Source: an uncultured Actinomycetes bacterium
GTDB taxonomy: Bacteria; Actinomycetota; Thermoleophilia; RBG-16-64-13
DNA length: 64,000 bases
Direction of reading: 5' to 3'
Assembly (NCBI GenBank): GCA_963841735.1
Contig: CAWJDT010000005.1
Location: 64,001 to 128,000, forward strand
Positions 39,761 to 51,735 of the stretch are shown in pieces (within the stretch, counting starts at the first letter, position 1; every line of letters begins with the position of its first letter). The position numbers and the translations under genes are program-made. The notes under the pieces are model-generated. The model had not been told where the DNA came from and did no database searches. It was given only the letters and a program-made list of their open reading frames with translations.

Positions 39761-41791
39761 TCATGCATCGTTTCGCAAGACGGCGCCTGCGCCTCCGCCC
39801 CCCCGCAAACGAGCCAACTCCCGAGCCAGGTCTTTGATCTCGTCACGAAGCTTGGCGGCATACTCGAAGCGCAACTCCTCAGCGGCGGCGAACATCTCTT
39901 CCTCGAGAGTGGCCATGAGCCGCTCCATCTCCTCCACCGACATCTCCTCGCCCCGGGCGGTCCTACGCCGTTCCTTGTAGGGCACGCTTCCGCTTATGCC
40001 GAGCAACTCGGCGATGTCGGACACGGCTTTCACGATAGTACGAGGCTCAATGCCGTGCTCCAGGTTGAAGGCCACTTGCACCGCTCGACGACGGTCGGTC
40101 TCAGATATGGCCTTGTCCATGGCGGCCGTGCGTTTGTCGGCATACATGATCACCATGCCCTCCACGTTGCGGGCCGCCCGGCCGATAGTCTGGACAAGCG
40201 CCGTCTCACCCCGCAGGAAGCCTTCCTTGTCTGCGTCGAGGATCGCGACCAGCGTCACCTCAGGCAGGTCCAGCCCTTCCCGCAGCAGGTTGATGCCCAC
40301 CAACACGTCTATCTCGCCCAAGCGCAACTCGCGCACCACCTTGATGCGCTCGATGGTATTCACCTCGGAGTGCAGGTAACGCACCCGGAAACCCATCTCC
40401 AGCAGGTAGTCGGTCAGGTCTTCGGCCATCTTCTTGGTTAGGGTGGTGACCAAAGCGCGCTGGCCCTTGTCCACCCGGGCGCGGATCTCGTTCATGAGAT
40501 CGTCGATCTGGTGCTTGGTCGGCCGAACCTCCACCCGGGGGTCCACCAAACCGGTGGGGCGGACCAACTGCTCCACCACCTGGGTAGACACCGAGGTCTC
40601 CCACCCACCCGGTGTGGCCGAAACGAACACCAGTTGAGGCGCCCGCTCGATGAACTCCTCAAAACGCAGAGGCCGGTTATCCATTGCCGAAGGCAGACGG
40701 AAACCGTGCTCCACAAGCATGGTCTTGCGGCTGCGGTCGCCCTCGTACATGCCGTGGATCTGCGGCACGGTCATATGTGACTCATCGATGAACACCACGA
40801 AGTCCTTGGGAAAGAAGTCCAGCAGGGTGTACGGCGGCGACCCCGGCTCGCGCCCCGCGAGGATGCGGGAGTAGTTCTCGATGCCGTTGCAGTAGCCCAG
40901 TTCCCGCAGCATCTCCATATCGTACTGGGTACGCTGGCGCAATCGGAAGGCCTCCAATTGCTTGCCACGTGCTTCCAGCTCGGCCACCCGTGTCTCGAGT
41001 TCAGCCGCGATCTCGGTGATAGAACGTTCGATGGCATCCTCGGAAGTGACAAAGTGGGTGGCTGGATAGATAGCCACAGCCGGCAAACGGTCAACGATCT
41101 CCTGGGTAAGCGGATCGACTTTGACGATCTCTTCCACCTGATCGCCCCATAGTCTCACCTGCACCGCATAGTCGTCGTAGGCGGGCCAGACCTCGAAGCT
41201 ATCGCCCCGCACCCGGAATTTGCCCCGCGCGAAGCCGATATCGTTGCGTTCGTAGTGGATCTTCACCAACTTGGCGAACACCTCGTCACGGCTGATCTCG
41301 TCGCCCTGCTTCAGCAGCACCACCTGGCCCAGGTATTCCTGGGGCGAGCCCAGGCCGTAGATGCACGAGACCGAGGCCACTATCACCACGTCGCCACGCA
41401 TGAGCAGATCGGACGTGGCCGCGTGACGGAGCCGGTCGATCTCCTGATTGATGGAAGAATCCTTCTCTATGTAGGTGTCGGTAGCCGGCAAATACGCCTC
41501 CGGCTGATAGTAGTCGTAATACGAGACGAAGTACTCCACTGCGTTGTCGGGAAGAAACTCGCGGAACTCGTTGCAGAGCTGCGCGGCCAGAGTCTTGTTG
41601 GGCGCCATCACCAGCGCCGGCTTGCCCACCTGGGCGATGATGTTGGCCATGGTGAAGGTCTTACCCGAACCGGTGACTCCCAGCAGGGTCTGATAATGAT
41701 CGCCCCGTTCGAGACCCTCCACTAGGCGCGCCACGGCCTGGGGTTGGTCTCCCTGCAACTGGTACTCAGCCTGCAGACGAAAAAGACTCAT
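39761..41791 (-). CDS. uvrB: Excinuclease ABC subunit B
   Basis: [54 protein letters not shown] domain. Confidence 0.98.
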   Translation of the reverse strand: MSLFRLQAEYQLQGDQPQAVARLVEGLERGDHYQTLLGVTGSGKTFTMANIIAQVGKPALVMAPNKTLAAQLCNEFREFLPDNAVEYFVSYYDYYQPEAYLPATDTYIEKDSSINQEIDRLRHAATSDLLMRGDVVIVASVSCIYGLGSPQEYLGQVVLLKQGDEISRDEVFAKLVKIHYERNDIGFARGKFRVRGDSFEVWPAYDDYAVQVRLWGDQVEEIVKVDPLTQEIVDRLPAVAIYPATHFVTSEDAIERSITEIAAELETRVAELEARGKQLEAFRLRQRTQYDMEMLRELGYCNGIENYSRILAGREPGSPPYTLLDFFPKDFVVFIDESHMTVPQIHGMYEGDRSRKTMLVEHGFRLPSAMDNRPLRFEEFIERAPQLVFVSATPGGWETSVSTQVVEQLVRPTGLVDPRVEVRPTKHQIDDLMNEIRARVDKGQRALVTTLTKKMAEDLTDYLLEMGFRVRYLHSEVNTIERIKVVRELRLGEIDVLVGINLLREGLDLPEVTLVAILDADKEGFLRGETALVQTIGRAARNVEGMVIMYADKRTAAMDKAISETDRRRAVQVAFNLEHGIEPRTIVKAVSDIAELLGISGSVPYKERRRTARGEEMSVEEMERLMATLEEEMFAAAEELRFEYAAKLRDEIKDLARELARLRGGGGAGAVLRNDA

Positions 41792-42660
41792 GCCCCGCCG
41801 GCGGCAGCGGCAGCCAGCCCCTCCTCGCCGGCGGCCCCGTCGACGGCCGCGAAGATCCCAGGATGGATGCGGGTGTACAGAAGCCAGTAGCGCTCCACCC
41901 GCTGCACAAACGCCCGGGTCTCTGGGAAATCGATGTCGCTCAAGTCGAATGTATCCGCTCCTCCGGCGGCTTCAATCCACCGGCCAACGTTTGTCGGACC
42001 CGCGTTGTAGGCGGCCAGCGCCGCGAGCAAGTGCTCTTCGCCGAACTTGGCAGTGAGATACTCAAGGTAGCAGGCACCCAATTCCAGGTTGTCGGCCGGG
42101 TCGGTGAGCTTGGGACTGCTATCGCCCCGCCAGATGTCGAGCCCGGACAACCACGCCGCGGTGTCGGGCATCAGCTGCATCAACCCCACGGCGCCCACCG
42201 GCGACACCGCCTGCGAGTCAAAACCGCTTTCCGTCTTGACCATGGCGGCGACCAGGTAGGGATCCAGACCATACTCTTCTGCAACGCGGGCGATGTCTTG
42301 CTGGTACTTGATAGGGAATAGGTTCTCGGACACCACAGGCACCACCGTCCGCCCGGTGACAATCAGAGCGACCGCGGTGGCAATCCCGCCGAGCACCACC
42401 AATAGTGCCACCAGGCGTAACAGCCGCCGTCGCTTCCGCCTGCCCCGAGCCCGGCCACCGCCAGTGGCGACTGAGCGCGCCCCCGACCCATCTGTATCGG
42501 TCGCCTGTACCAGTGCGTAGGTACCGGAGCCGCTCTCGCTCTCAGGGCTCGAGAACTGCTTGCCCGCCGAGGATGGACTGATCCAGTATCCCCGGTCTCG
42601 GCCGAGGCCGGGGCGACCAGAGGGGGCGGGCGGGAGCCGGGAGCCGGGATCCTCCGTCAT
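41788..42660 (-). CDS. Membrane-anchored lytic transglycosylase (SLT domain)
   Basis: TM segment, [30 protein letters not shown]. Confidence 0.92.
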   Translation of the reverse strand: MTEDPGSRLPPAPSGRPGLGRDRGYWISPSSAGKQFSSPESESGSGTYALVQATDTDGSGARSVATGGGRARGRRKRRRLLRLVALLVVLGGIATAVALIVTGRTVVPVVSENLFPIKYQQDIARVAEEYGLDPYLVAAMVKTESGFDSQAVSPVGAVGLMQLMPDTAAWLSGLDIWRGDSSPKLTDPADNLELGACYLEYLTAKFGEEHLLAALAAYNAGPTNVGRWIEAAGGADTFDLSDIDFPETRAFVQRVERYWLLYTRIHPGIFAAVDGAAGEEGLAAAAAGGA

Positions 42661-43292
42661 AGGTCCCCCTGCTGAAGCGCGCAGGCCCGCGCGTGTGCTT
42701 CTTCTACGAAGCGGGCCAGCTTGTCCAATCCACCATCATTAAAGAAGACCAGCTCACTGCCCTCCACCCTCCGCTGCTGCGAAGCCTGTAGTGCCTCCAG
42801 CTCCGCGAACTGCTCCAGGCCGAACCCGTGAACCGAACGTAGCCGTCGCACCTCGGCCCCGGCTTCCACCGTAACCACTAGGTCAAACAGCCTCTCGTAA
42901 CCGGACTCGAACAGCAGAGGGACCTCGCACACCACCACAGTCCCCGCCGGCGCCGTCTCGATGGTCCGCTCGATCTCGTCCGCCACCAAAGGATGCACAA
43001 GTTCCTCCAGCCAGCGTAGCTCCTCCGGCCGGCCTTGCACGGCTCCGGCAAGACGCCACCGCTCCACCGCGCCGCTCTCGCCACGCACCGCGGGCCCAAA
43101 GTGCTCCGCTATCCGTTCAGACACGACGGTCCGCCGGTAAAACTCATGCACCAGACCGTCCGCCGATAGGGTCATGGCACCAAGGTTCTTGAACATCTCA
43201 AGAGCGGTGCTCTTCCCGGCTCCGATCCCACCGGTAAGGCCCACGGCTACGACCTCATGCCCCTTCCGGCTATGACGTCGCTCCCGGTTCAT
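42657..43292 (-). CDS. coaE: Dephospho-CoA kinase
   Basis: VGLTGGIGAGKST, LEELVHP, EVPLLFE; GGAGG RBS before ATG 43292. Confidence 0.93.
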   Translation of the reverse strand: MNRERRHSRKGHEVVAVGLTGGIGAGKSTALEMFKNLGAMTLSADGLVHEFYRRTVVSERIAEHFGPAVRGESGAVERWRLAGAVQGRPEELRWLEELVHPLVADEIERTIETAPAGTVVVCEVPLLFESGYERLFDLVVTVEAGAEVRRLRSVHGFGLEQFAELEALQASQQRRVEGSELVFFNDGGLDKLARFVEEAHARACALQQGDL

Positions 43293-43364
43293 CAACCCTC
43301 CAGAAAGACGGCGAGCGCCCGGAGGCGCTCCCGTATCACAGACTATCGACGCACGCACAGTCTC

Positions 43365-44890
43365 CTACGCGCTGGCTTCCCCATCATCTTCGGCCGCGGC
43401 TTTGTCCTCGGTATTGTCGCCGGCCTCTTCCTTGACTTCCTCGGCGTCTTCAGCAGCCCCGTCAGCCTCAGCCGCATCTTCGGGTGCCTCAGCAACAGCG
43501 ACTTCCTCGCCCGGGGCCTCAGCGGCCTCAGCAACTGGAGCTTCCTCAACAGGTGCCTCAACAGCATCCTCGGCGGCCTCAGCAACTGGGGCTTCCGCCA
43601 CTTCCTGAGTCTCGGGCGCTTCCTCAGCAGCCGACTCCTCCTCTGTGGCCAGCGCTTCGTCAGTTGCCTGCTCTCCGGTGGCTTCCGTGTCTTCGGCAGC
43701 GAACTCGTCCTCTTCGCCTTCCAGCTCTTCGCCGTCCTCGCCAAGGGCATCCTCATGGATGCGATATTCCGGTTCGAGACGCTTCAGGCTGAGAGATAGA
43801 CGACGACGCTCGGGGTCGATCTCGATGATCTTGACGTTGACCTCTTGCCCCGGCCGCACGATCTCGGAGGGATCTTCCACGTGATGCTGGGCCAACTCGG
43901 AGATGTGAATGAGGCCTTCGACGCCTTCCTCAATCTCCACAAAAGCCCCGAAAGCGACCAGTTTGGTGACCGCACCGTGCACGATCTCGTTCACCTGGCG
44001 ATTCTCGAACACCTGCTGCCACGGGTCCTTCTGGGTCTGCTTGAGGCCCAGCGATATACGCTGCCGTTCGCGGTCGATATCGAGTACCCGCACTTCGACC
44101 TTCTGGCCGATGGTGAGCACTTCCGACGGATGATTGACATGGCTCCAAGAGAGCTCGGAGATGTGGATGAGACCGTCGATGCCGTCCAGATCGACAAAGG
44201 CACCGAAGTCGACGATGTTGGAGATAGTGCCTATCACCAGGTCGCCCACGTTCATGCGGTCGAGAATCTGCTCGCGCGCTCCGCGGCGCTCCTCTTCCAG
44301 GACAGCGCGCTACGACTGAGGACTACGTTGTTGCGGAAGCGGTTGAGCTCTATGACACGGCACTCGAGCGACTGACCCAGGAACTCGTCCAATTCGGCCA
44401 CCCGGCGGATATCGACCAAGGAAGCCGGCAGGAAGCCGCGCACACCTAGGTCGAGAATGAGACCGCCCTTGACCACTTCGATGACGTTGCCCGATACAGG
44501 AGTGCCATCTTCGGCGGCTTTCTCGATACGCTGCCAGGCACGCTCAAAGCGGGCCCTCTTGCGCGACAGGATGAGGCGACCGTCCGGGTCCTCTTTGGTG
44601 AGCACCAAAGCATCGACCACGTCGCCCACCGACACTTCTTCGGCTGGATCAACGGACTTACGGATGGAAAGCTCGTTCGCGGGTACGACGCCTTCACTCT
44701 TATAGCCGATGTCGACTAGGACTTCGTCCTTATCGACCCGGACCACGACCCCGGTGACGATATCCCCCTCTTCAAAAGTCATGATCGTTGCATCGTAGTT
44801 GGGAATCATCTTCCCATCCACCTCGATCATCAACTCTTGCCCGCCCGCTAGTGTTTCTTGTGCTTCGTCGCCGGTGTGTTCGTCTGTCAT
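43365..44890 (-). CDS. rpsA: 30S ribosomal protein S1 with four S1 domains and an acidic tail (frameshift near 44310)
   Basis: VDIGYKSEG, VKGGLILDLGVRGFLPAS, DFGAFVDL..DGLIHISELSW, FGAFVEI..EGLIHISE. Confidence 0.95.
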
Positions 44891-44954
44891 GTAGTTTCTT
44901 TTTCCTTCCAAAAGGGATGCCAAAGCCGTGCACAAGCACGGCTCATGTGCCGGT

Positions 44955-44982
44955 AGTATACCGAGGCACTAGGGAAAAGCAA
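44955..44982 (-). promoter_or_regulatory. Putative rpsA promoter
   Basis: Minus strand TTGCTT, 16 nt spacer, TATACT (44960-44955). Confidence 0.55.
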
Positions 44983-45043
44983 GCATGTATGCAGCCGCCC
45001 GGCCTCCGCGGCTCCACGGGCGTCCGCCGACGGTACGGCCGGC

Positions 45044-47796
45044 TCACTTGGCCGTCAGCCAATCTGGGCCTATTCCGGCATCCACGCCCAGCACCGGCTC
45101 CATGGGATAGGCCGCCGCCATCTCCCCCACCACGGCCTTCAGAACGGCGGCGGCCTCGTCCTCCGGAGTCTCGAACACCAGTTCGTCATGCACCTGCAGC
45201 ACAAGACGGGAGTCGGGGAAATCGCTCTCCAGACGGTCGTGGCAGCGAATCATGGCCACCTTGATGATGTCGGCCGCGCTCCCCTGGATCACCGAGTTCA
45301 CCGCCAGTCGCTCCCCCAGAGAGCGTTCCTGGAAGCTCCCTGAAGCCAGCTCGGGTATCGGTCTTCTCCGGCCGAACACCGTGGCCACGTACCCTTGACG
45401 CCTGGCCAAGGCGATGGTCTCCTCGATGAAGGCCTTCACCCGCGGCAGACGCTGGAAGTAGCGCTCGATGTAGGCGGCGGCCTCGTCACGCCCAATGCCC
45501 AGGTTCTGGCTGAGACCGAAGGCCGAGATGCCGTACATGATGCCGAAGTTCACGGCCTTGGCGTAGCGCCGGTGAGTCGCGTCCACCTGGTCTTCCGCCA
45601 GCCCGAACACCTCCGCCGCGGTGCGGGTGTGGATGTCCTCACCGCGCGCAAACGCCTCGATCAGGGTGGTCTCTCCCGAGAGATGAGCCATGATCCTGAG
45701 CTCGATCTGCGAGTAGTCGGCCACCACGAGGGAGTGACCGGGCTCCGCCGTGAAGCACTGCCGGATCTGAGCGCCCGCCGCTGTGCGCACGGGGATGTTC
45801 TGCAGGTTGGGATCGCTCGACGAGAGGCGGCCGGTGGCGGCCACGGTCTGATTGAAGGTGGTGTGAAGCCGTCCCGTTGCGGGGTCGACCACCTGGGGCA
45901 GAGCGAGCAGATAGGTGGACATCAGCTTCGATAGCTCGCGATGACTGAGAAGATGCGCCACGATAGGATGAGCGTCGCGCAAGGCCTCCAACGTCTTCGC
46001 GTCGGTGGAGTAGCCGGTCTTGATCTTCCGTTGCCGGGCCAAGCCAAGGCGATCGAACAACACGCTGCCCAGTTGCTGAGGCGAGCCCAGATTGAACTCT
46101 TCTCCGGCAAGTTCGAAGATGGTCTCCTCCAGGCCCTCCAACTGGTCCTGGACCTTGCCGGTGATCTCGCCCAGACGGTAGCAGTCCAAATGGATGCCCG
46201 ACCCTCTCCATGGCGATGAGCACTCTGGTGAGAGGCAACTCGATGTCGCGCAAGAGATCCCACATCCCCTGCTCTCGCAGCGACCGCTCCTGCCACCCGG
46301 CAACCGCGACGGCCACGGCCGCGGCCACTGGCCCCGACAGAGCGTCACCGGGAAGGGCGCCGGCGACGGCAACCGGCGTGTCGTGCGGGCCCGTCCCACC
46401 ATCGCCGTTCCCGCCGGCCCAACCCCCCCACGACGGCAAGGGGATCCCGGCCTCGCCGGAAAGTTCGGCCAGCTGGTATTCCCTGCGTCCCGGTGCCAGC
46501 AGATAGCCGGCCAAGTACGTGTCGTGGCCGGCCTGCCTCAACAGCGCCCGTAGGGTGCCGTCTGACTTTAGGTCGTGGCACACCGACCTACTCGGGTCCG
46601 GCCATGGCGCCGACGCCTCCGACCCCACCAAGGGGGAGTTCACTCTGACCACAGTGAAGGCCGCATATTCCACCGACTCCTCCGCTGAGGGCGCCTGGGC
46701 GAGCCACAGATCGCCGTGACCATCTGTCGCCAGCCCGACCGGACGGCTCCAGTCGACCAGATCGCCCAGCCCAGCGTCTGCCTCTGCCGCCCGGGCCGGA
46801 GCCAGCCTCGCACCGGCCGCGTTGTCCGGACCCGCAGCCGAGTCGTTTGCAGGAACCCCCGCTGTCGAGCCCACTCGGCCGGCCGCCGCGAGGAGCAACG
46901 GCTCCACCCGCTCCATCAACCTGTTGAACTCGAACCGAGAGAACAGCTCGGCCAGCTTGTCGCGCTGGGGACCACGAGGAGACATCTCCGCTTGGTCTAT
47001 ATTCACCGGAGCGTCGTGTTCCAGTTTCGCCAGTCTCTTGGACAGAAGCGCGATCTCCCGATGCTCCTTGAGCAGTTCCCTGCGCTTTACCCCGCTCACC
47101 TGATCGGCGTGGGCAAGGACCTCTTCCAACCCCCCGTACTCAGCCAACAGTAGGGCCGCCGTCTTCTCACCGATCCCCGGAATGCCTGGGATGTTGTCCG
47201 ACGTGTCTCCCTTCAGACCGATAAGATCCGGTATGAGCCTAGGAGGCACACCGAACCGCTCCTGCAACCGCCGCGGGATCGTAGATCTTTACCTCGGTCA
47301 TGCCCCGCGTGTTAGACATGATGCTCACGTGCTCGCTGGCCAGTTGCAGCGCGTCCCGGTCGCCGGTGACGATCACAGTCTCCCGACCTTGGGCATCCGC
47401 CTGCCGGGCCAAAGTGGCCAAGATGTCGTCGGCCTCGAAACCAGGCACCGCCAGATTGACAAACCCGAAGGCGGAGGAAAGCTCGGTGAAGTAAGGCCAC
47501 TGCTCCGACAGGAGATCGGGCATGGGTTTGCGCTGAGCCTTGTAGTCCTCGAACTCCTCGTGCCTGAAGGTCTTCTCCCGGGAGTCCCAGGCAACGATCA
47601 CCGCCCCGGGGCGATAGTCCGCCAGGACTTTGATGACCATAAGGCAGAAGCCGTAGAGAGCGTTGGTGGGAAAGCCACCCGAAGTCGCGATGTCCGGCGG
47701 CAGGGCGAAGAACGCCCGATAGGCCACGTTGTTGCCGTCGAGCAAGAACAGCGGACCTCGCTCATCCGCAGGCCGAGTGTCACCACGTGCGTTCAA
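45044..47796 (-). CDS. polA: DNA polymerase I (frameshifts near 47266 and 46199)
   Basis: 5'-nuclease LLDG..YRAFFA, EADD, GDTSDNIPG; polymerase ATGRLSS..PNLQNIP, DYSQIELR, KAVNFGIMYG, QVHDEL. Confidence 0.95.
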
Positions 47797-47823
47797 CCCA
47801 CCGCCCCGCCCGACCGTCTCGAT

Positions 47824-48183
47824 CTAGGGGGTCCTGTCTGTCTCGGCGGAGTCGGTCGGCGCGCTGACTGTCGCGCTGGGCGGTGCTGGGGCATCCTTCA
47901 GACTGACCGCATCGCGGATCTCTTTGACCGAGGCTTTCACTTCGTTCACGCCCGCCGCCTCACGGACTTCCGCGACGGTTGACTTGATCTCGTCCACCCC
48001 CGTCGCCTCACGCACTTCAGCAACAGTGCTGGCGATCTCGTCCTTGTTCTCCTTCAGGCCCTTCTTGAAGCCCCTGATGGATTTGCCCAGAGACGACCCC
48101 AGCTCAGGAAGTTTCTTGGGGCCGAAGATGATAAGGACCAGCACCACTACGATCACTATTTCCCAGCCGCCGATATTGGGCAT
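47824..48183 (-). CDS. tatA: Twin-arginine translocase TatA/B-family subunit
   Basis: GGWEIVIVVVLVLIIFGPKKLPELGSSLGKSIRGFKK; AGGAGG RBS. Confidence 0.92.
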   Translation of the reverse strand: MPNIGGWEIVIVVVLVLIIFGPKKLPELGSSLGKSIRGFKKGLKENKDEIASTVAEVREATGVDEIKSTVAEVREAAGVNEVKASVKEIRDAVSLKDAPAPPSATVSAPTDSAETDRTP

Positions 48184-48269
48184 CGTTCATTCCTCCTAAC
48201 GCCTGGACCGAATAGCACTGCTTCGACCCGGGCAGGCTGTGCACCTCGACTCCTCGGTATTTAACCACA

Positions 48270-49064
48270 TCACTCCGTCGCCGCTTCCCCTTCGCGGGGC
48301 CGGTAGCCCAGCTTGTCCTGACAGGTCGTTGCCCAGCTGCATCACCCGCCGCACCAGGTTGGGCAGTCGCTCGGCCGAGAAGCGTTCCAGAGATGCCCAG
48401 AATACTGACCGAGGCCACCACGGCACCACCGGCAGCACGAACCGGCGCCCCCAGACTGCAGGCCGAGAGGGCGCAGTCTTCCCAGCCCACCGCATACCCC
48501 CGCTCCCTTATCTCGTGCCGGTCACGGTCCAACTCCTCCCGCAAACCAGGGAGTACTTGGTAGCGCGGTGCGTGTGCCCCAGGACCACCTCTTCCCACTG
48601 TGAATCGGGCAAGTGGGCCAAGAAGGACCCGCCCAGCCGCGCCGCAGTTGAAGGAGATATGCTTACCGACTTCCATGACAAGCACCCGCACCGGTTGGTT
48701 GCCGTCGGCACGGCGCAGGCACAGCGCCTCCATGCCGTCGACCACAAGCAACAAAGAAGTCTCGTCGGTCTCCTCTGTGATGGCGCGACAGCAGCGGGTC
48801 GGCCTGCTTGACTAACTCCATGCTCTTGGAGGCCACGGAGCCCATGCTGAACAGCTTGAGACCCAACCGGTATCGAGTGGTCTTGCGGTCGAACTCGACC
48901 ATATCGACACCCTCCAGCGTACTGAGGAGCCGGTGAGTCGTGCTCTTGCTCAGACCGATACCGGTGCTTATCTCAGTAAGCGTGGCCTCCGGACGGGCGA
49001 GCGTGAACTGCTCCAGTATGGAGACGGCCCGAGCAACCGCCCGTACATTAAGATCGGAGGTCAT
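48270..49064 (-). CDS. IclR-family regulator (several frameshifts)
   Basis: AVARAVSILE, GLSKSTTHRLLSTL, YRLG; pieces AAGRVLL, IRERGYA, SLGAPV lie in different frames. Confidence 0.85.
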
Positions 49065-50166
49065 GTCCCGCCTTTATACGGCCACCTCTCCACCATCGCC
49101 CGTGTTCGCGCCGTCCCCAACGATCGGGAACCGCCGCCCTGGCCCACGATCCTCAGCTTCCGCTGCAGCGGGAAGATGAAGAAGTTGGTCTTGCGCACCA
49201 CGAAACCATAGATGCCGCGCGGGCTCCAAACGGTGACTACGATCGCCAGCAGACCCAGCACTATGAAGTACCACTCGCCGTACCTACTGGTGGTCTCCTG
49301 CAGCGTGTAGAAGATGATGGTGCCGATTATCGGCCCCTCTATCGTACCGATGCCACCGATAACCGTGATAAAGATCAGGTACGCGGTCCAGTTGATGTTG
49401 AAGGCCGCGGCAGGCTGCACGCGGAGCAGATGGATGGCAACGATGGCGCCCACCACAGCACAACCCGCTCCGGCGATGAACGAACGTGTACAGCTTGGTA
49501 CGCCAAAGATTGACGCCGGAGCTCTCCGCGGCCAGATCGTTGTCTCGGATAGCCTTGAGAGCCAAGCCGGTGCGCGACCGCAGCAAAAAGTAGGTGACGG
49601 CGATGGATATGAGAGCAATGCCCAGTGCCCACCAGTACGTCCCAGCCACCCGAGTTTCGTTGCCCAAGGCACCAGCGGCTTGGATGGTGATACCCGAACC
49701 ACCACCGGCCGCCTTGATGTTGGCGACTATCAATCGCAGGACCTCTGCGATGACCCACGTGCCGATCGCCAGATACCCACCCCTGAGCTTGAAAACCAAG
49801 GCCGCGGACGGCAGAGCGATGATGGCTCCACAAACAGCTGCAAAGAGCACACCCACAAACGGATTGACATGCAACACGTCGGCGAACAGCCAGCACGCGT
49901 ACGCGCCAACGCCGATATAGCCCTGCTGTCCCACCGTGATGAGCCCGGCGTAGCCGAGCATGAGATTCCAGAACTGGGCGAGCGCCAGATACGCGAAGAA
50001 GAAGACCAGGCGCCGTGTCATGGCGGTGCCCCCTATGAGGGGGAAGATGGCGAGCACCACTATGATGGCGAGGCCGACCGCGAGGACTATCTGGTTGACC
50101 CGACTGGCGACGTAAACAGAGTACCGCTTGTCGCTGCTCGGAACCTGCGGAAGCGGTCGCCTTCAT
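49061..50166 (-). CDS. HAAT-family ABC permease, LivM-like (frameshifted)
   Basis: WNLMLGYAG..VGQQGYIG, LRGGYLAIGT, GLALKAIRDN, IGGIGTIEGPIIG. Confidence 0.87.
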
Positions 50167-51034
50167 GACGTCACCGTCTTCGCTAGGAGTCCCTGTGGTC
50201 GGAAGGCGAGGATGATCACAAATACCACATGACCGGCCAGTATCTGCCAAGCCGGGCCGAAAGCCTGGGCACCCAGCGTCTGTGCCAGACCCAGGATTAT
50301 CCCTCCCAGCATCGTGCCCCAGTAGGAGCCCATGCCTCCGATGATCACCGCCTCGAACGCGTAGATGAGGCGCTGGCTACCAAGCAGCGGATCGAACGTG
50401 GTGTTGATGCCATCATCACCCCGCCGATAGTGACGATGAACAGCGCAACGCCCATAGCCATCGCCCAGATGTGCTTGGTGTTGATGCCCATGAGGTTGGC
50501 AGCCTCTTGATCGTCGGAGACCGCTCGGAAAGCCCGCCCCATCTTGGTGCGGTTCAAGTACAGCTGAAGGGAGGCGATAACAAGGAGCGACATCAGGAAG
50601 ATGACCAACGGCAGCCAGCCGATAGCCAGGCCCTCGTTGATGGTGATGCTCTTGTTCTCGATCACGCCGGCGTCAAGGCCCTGGGAGTTGGCAGTGAAGC
50701 CCAGCAGCAGGGCGTTCTGAATGACGATCGAGATACCGAACGTCACAATCACCCCCACCACGTCTCCCGACTTCACCACCAGGTTCAACAACCCCCGCTG
50801 TAACAGGTACCCGACGACGAACATGATCACCATGGTGATGGGGATCGAGTAGAACGGGTTGAACCTGAGGGCGTTGACGATGAGGAGGGCAACGTACGCC
50901 GGAAGAATCGTCAAGTCACCATGAGCCAAGTTGGTCAGGCGCATGGTCCCGAACACGAGGGCGAGCCCTACCGCGAAGAGAGCGTAGAGGCCGCCCAGGA
51001 GAATCCCTTGGACACCTGCATTTAGCCAATCCAT
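50163..51034 (-). CDS. HAAT-family ABC permease, LivH-like (frameshift near 50400)
   Basis: GGLYALFAVGLALVFG..NLAHG, GRAFRAVSDD, IIGGMGS, RPQGL. Confidence 0.87.
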
Positions 51035-51036
51035 AT

Positions 51037-51735
51037 CTACACTCCGAAGTAGGCGGCGGTTATCTGTTCGGTCGTCAGCTCACCGGGCAAGCCCTGCAAG
51101 GCGATGCGGCCTTCCAGGAAGCAGGCCACGTGATTGGCCACGGTAAGCACGTGCTGAACGTCCTGCTCCACCACCAGGATCGTACAGCCTGAATCCAGCA
51201 GTGACTTGAAACCGTCGTAGATGCGCTTTATGACTACCGGGGCCAAGCCCAGCGAGACCTCGTCCATCAGGATGAGGCGAGGATTGGACATCAGCGACCG
51301 GCCGATAGCCAGAGCCTGCTGCTCCCCGCCCGACAGCCCCGACGCTTGACGCTTCCGCAAGGGCTGCAGTAGAGGAAACAACTCGTAGATCCCGTCGGTG
51401 GTCCACTTGCCCGGACGGCTCCGGTAGGCTCCCACCAGAAGATTCTCGTGCACGGTGAGGCTCGGGAACACCCGCCGCCCCTCCGGCACCAAGGAGATGC
51501 CCAACTCCACCCTGCGGTAGGCCGGCATGTGGTCGATGGGCTGGCCATCGAAGAGAATACGGCCCCGGCGCGGAACGAGCACGCCGGCAACGGTCTTCAG
51601 CATCGTAGATTTGCCCGCTCCGTTGGCGCCGATGCAGGCGAAGATCTCGCCCTCTTCGACCTTGAGGTCTATATCATATAGCGCCTGGAAATCCTCGTAG
51701 TAAACACTGGCTCCTTCGATCTCTAGCAAGCTCAT
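51037..51735 (-). CDS. ABC ATPase, LivF-like
   Basis: GANGAGKST, VPEGRRVF, LSGGEQQ, DEVSLGLAP. Confidence 0.92.
   Translation of the reverse strand: MSLLEIEGASVYYEDFQALYDIDLKVEEGEIFACIGANGAGKSTMLKTVAGVLVPRRGRILFDGQPIDHMPAYRRVELGISLVPEGRRVFPSLTVHENLLVGAYRSRPGKWTTDGIYELFPLLQPLRKRQASGLSGGEQQALAIGRSLMSNPRLILMDEVSLGLAPVVIKRIYDGFKSLLDSGCTILVVEQDVQHVLTVANHVACFLEGRIALQGLPGELTTEQITAAYFGV

Noticed and set aside
31685-47796. Programmed frameshifting or pseudogenisation of leuS, rpsA and polA
   Set aside because: No shared slippery sequence, and the same kind of indel affects many unrelated genes; assembly error is simpler.
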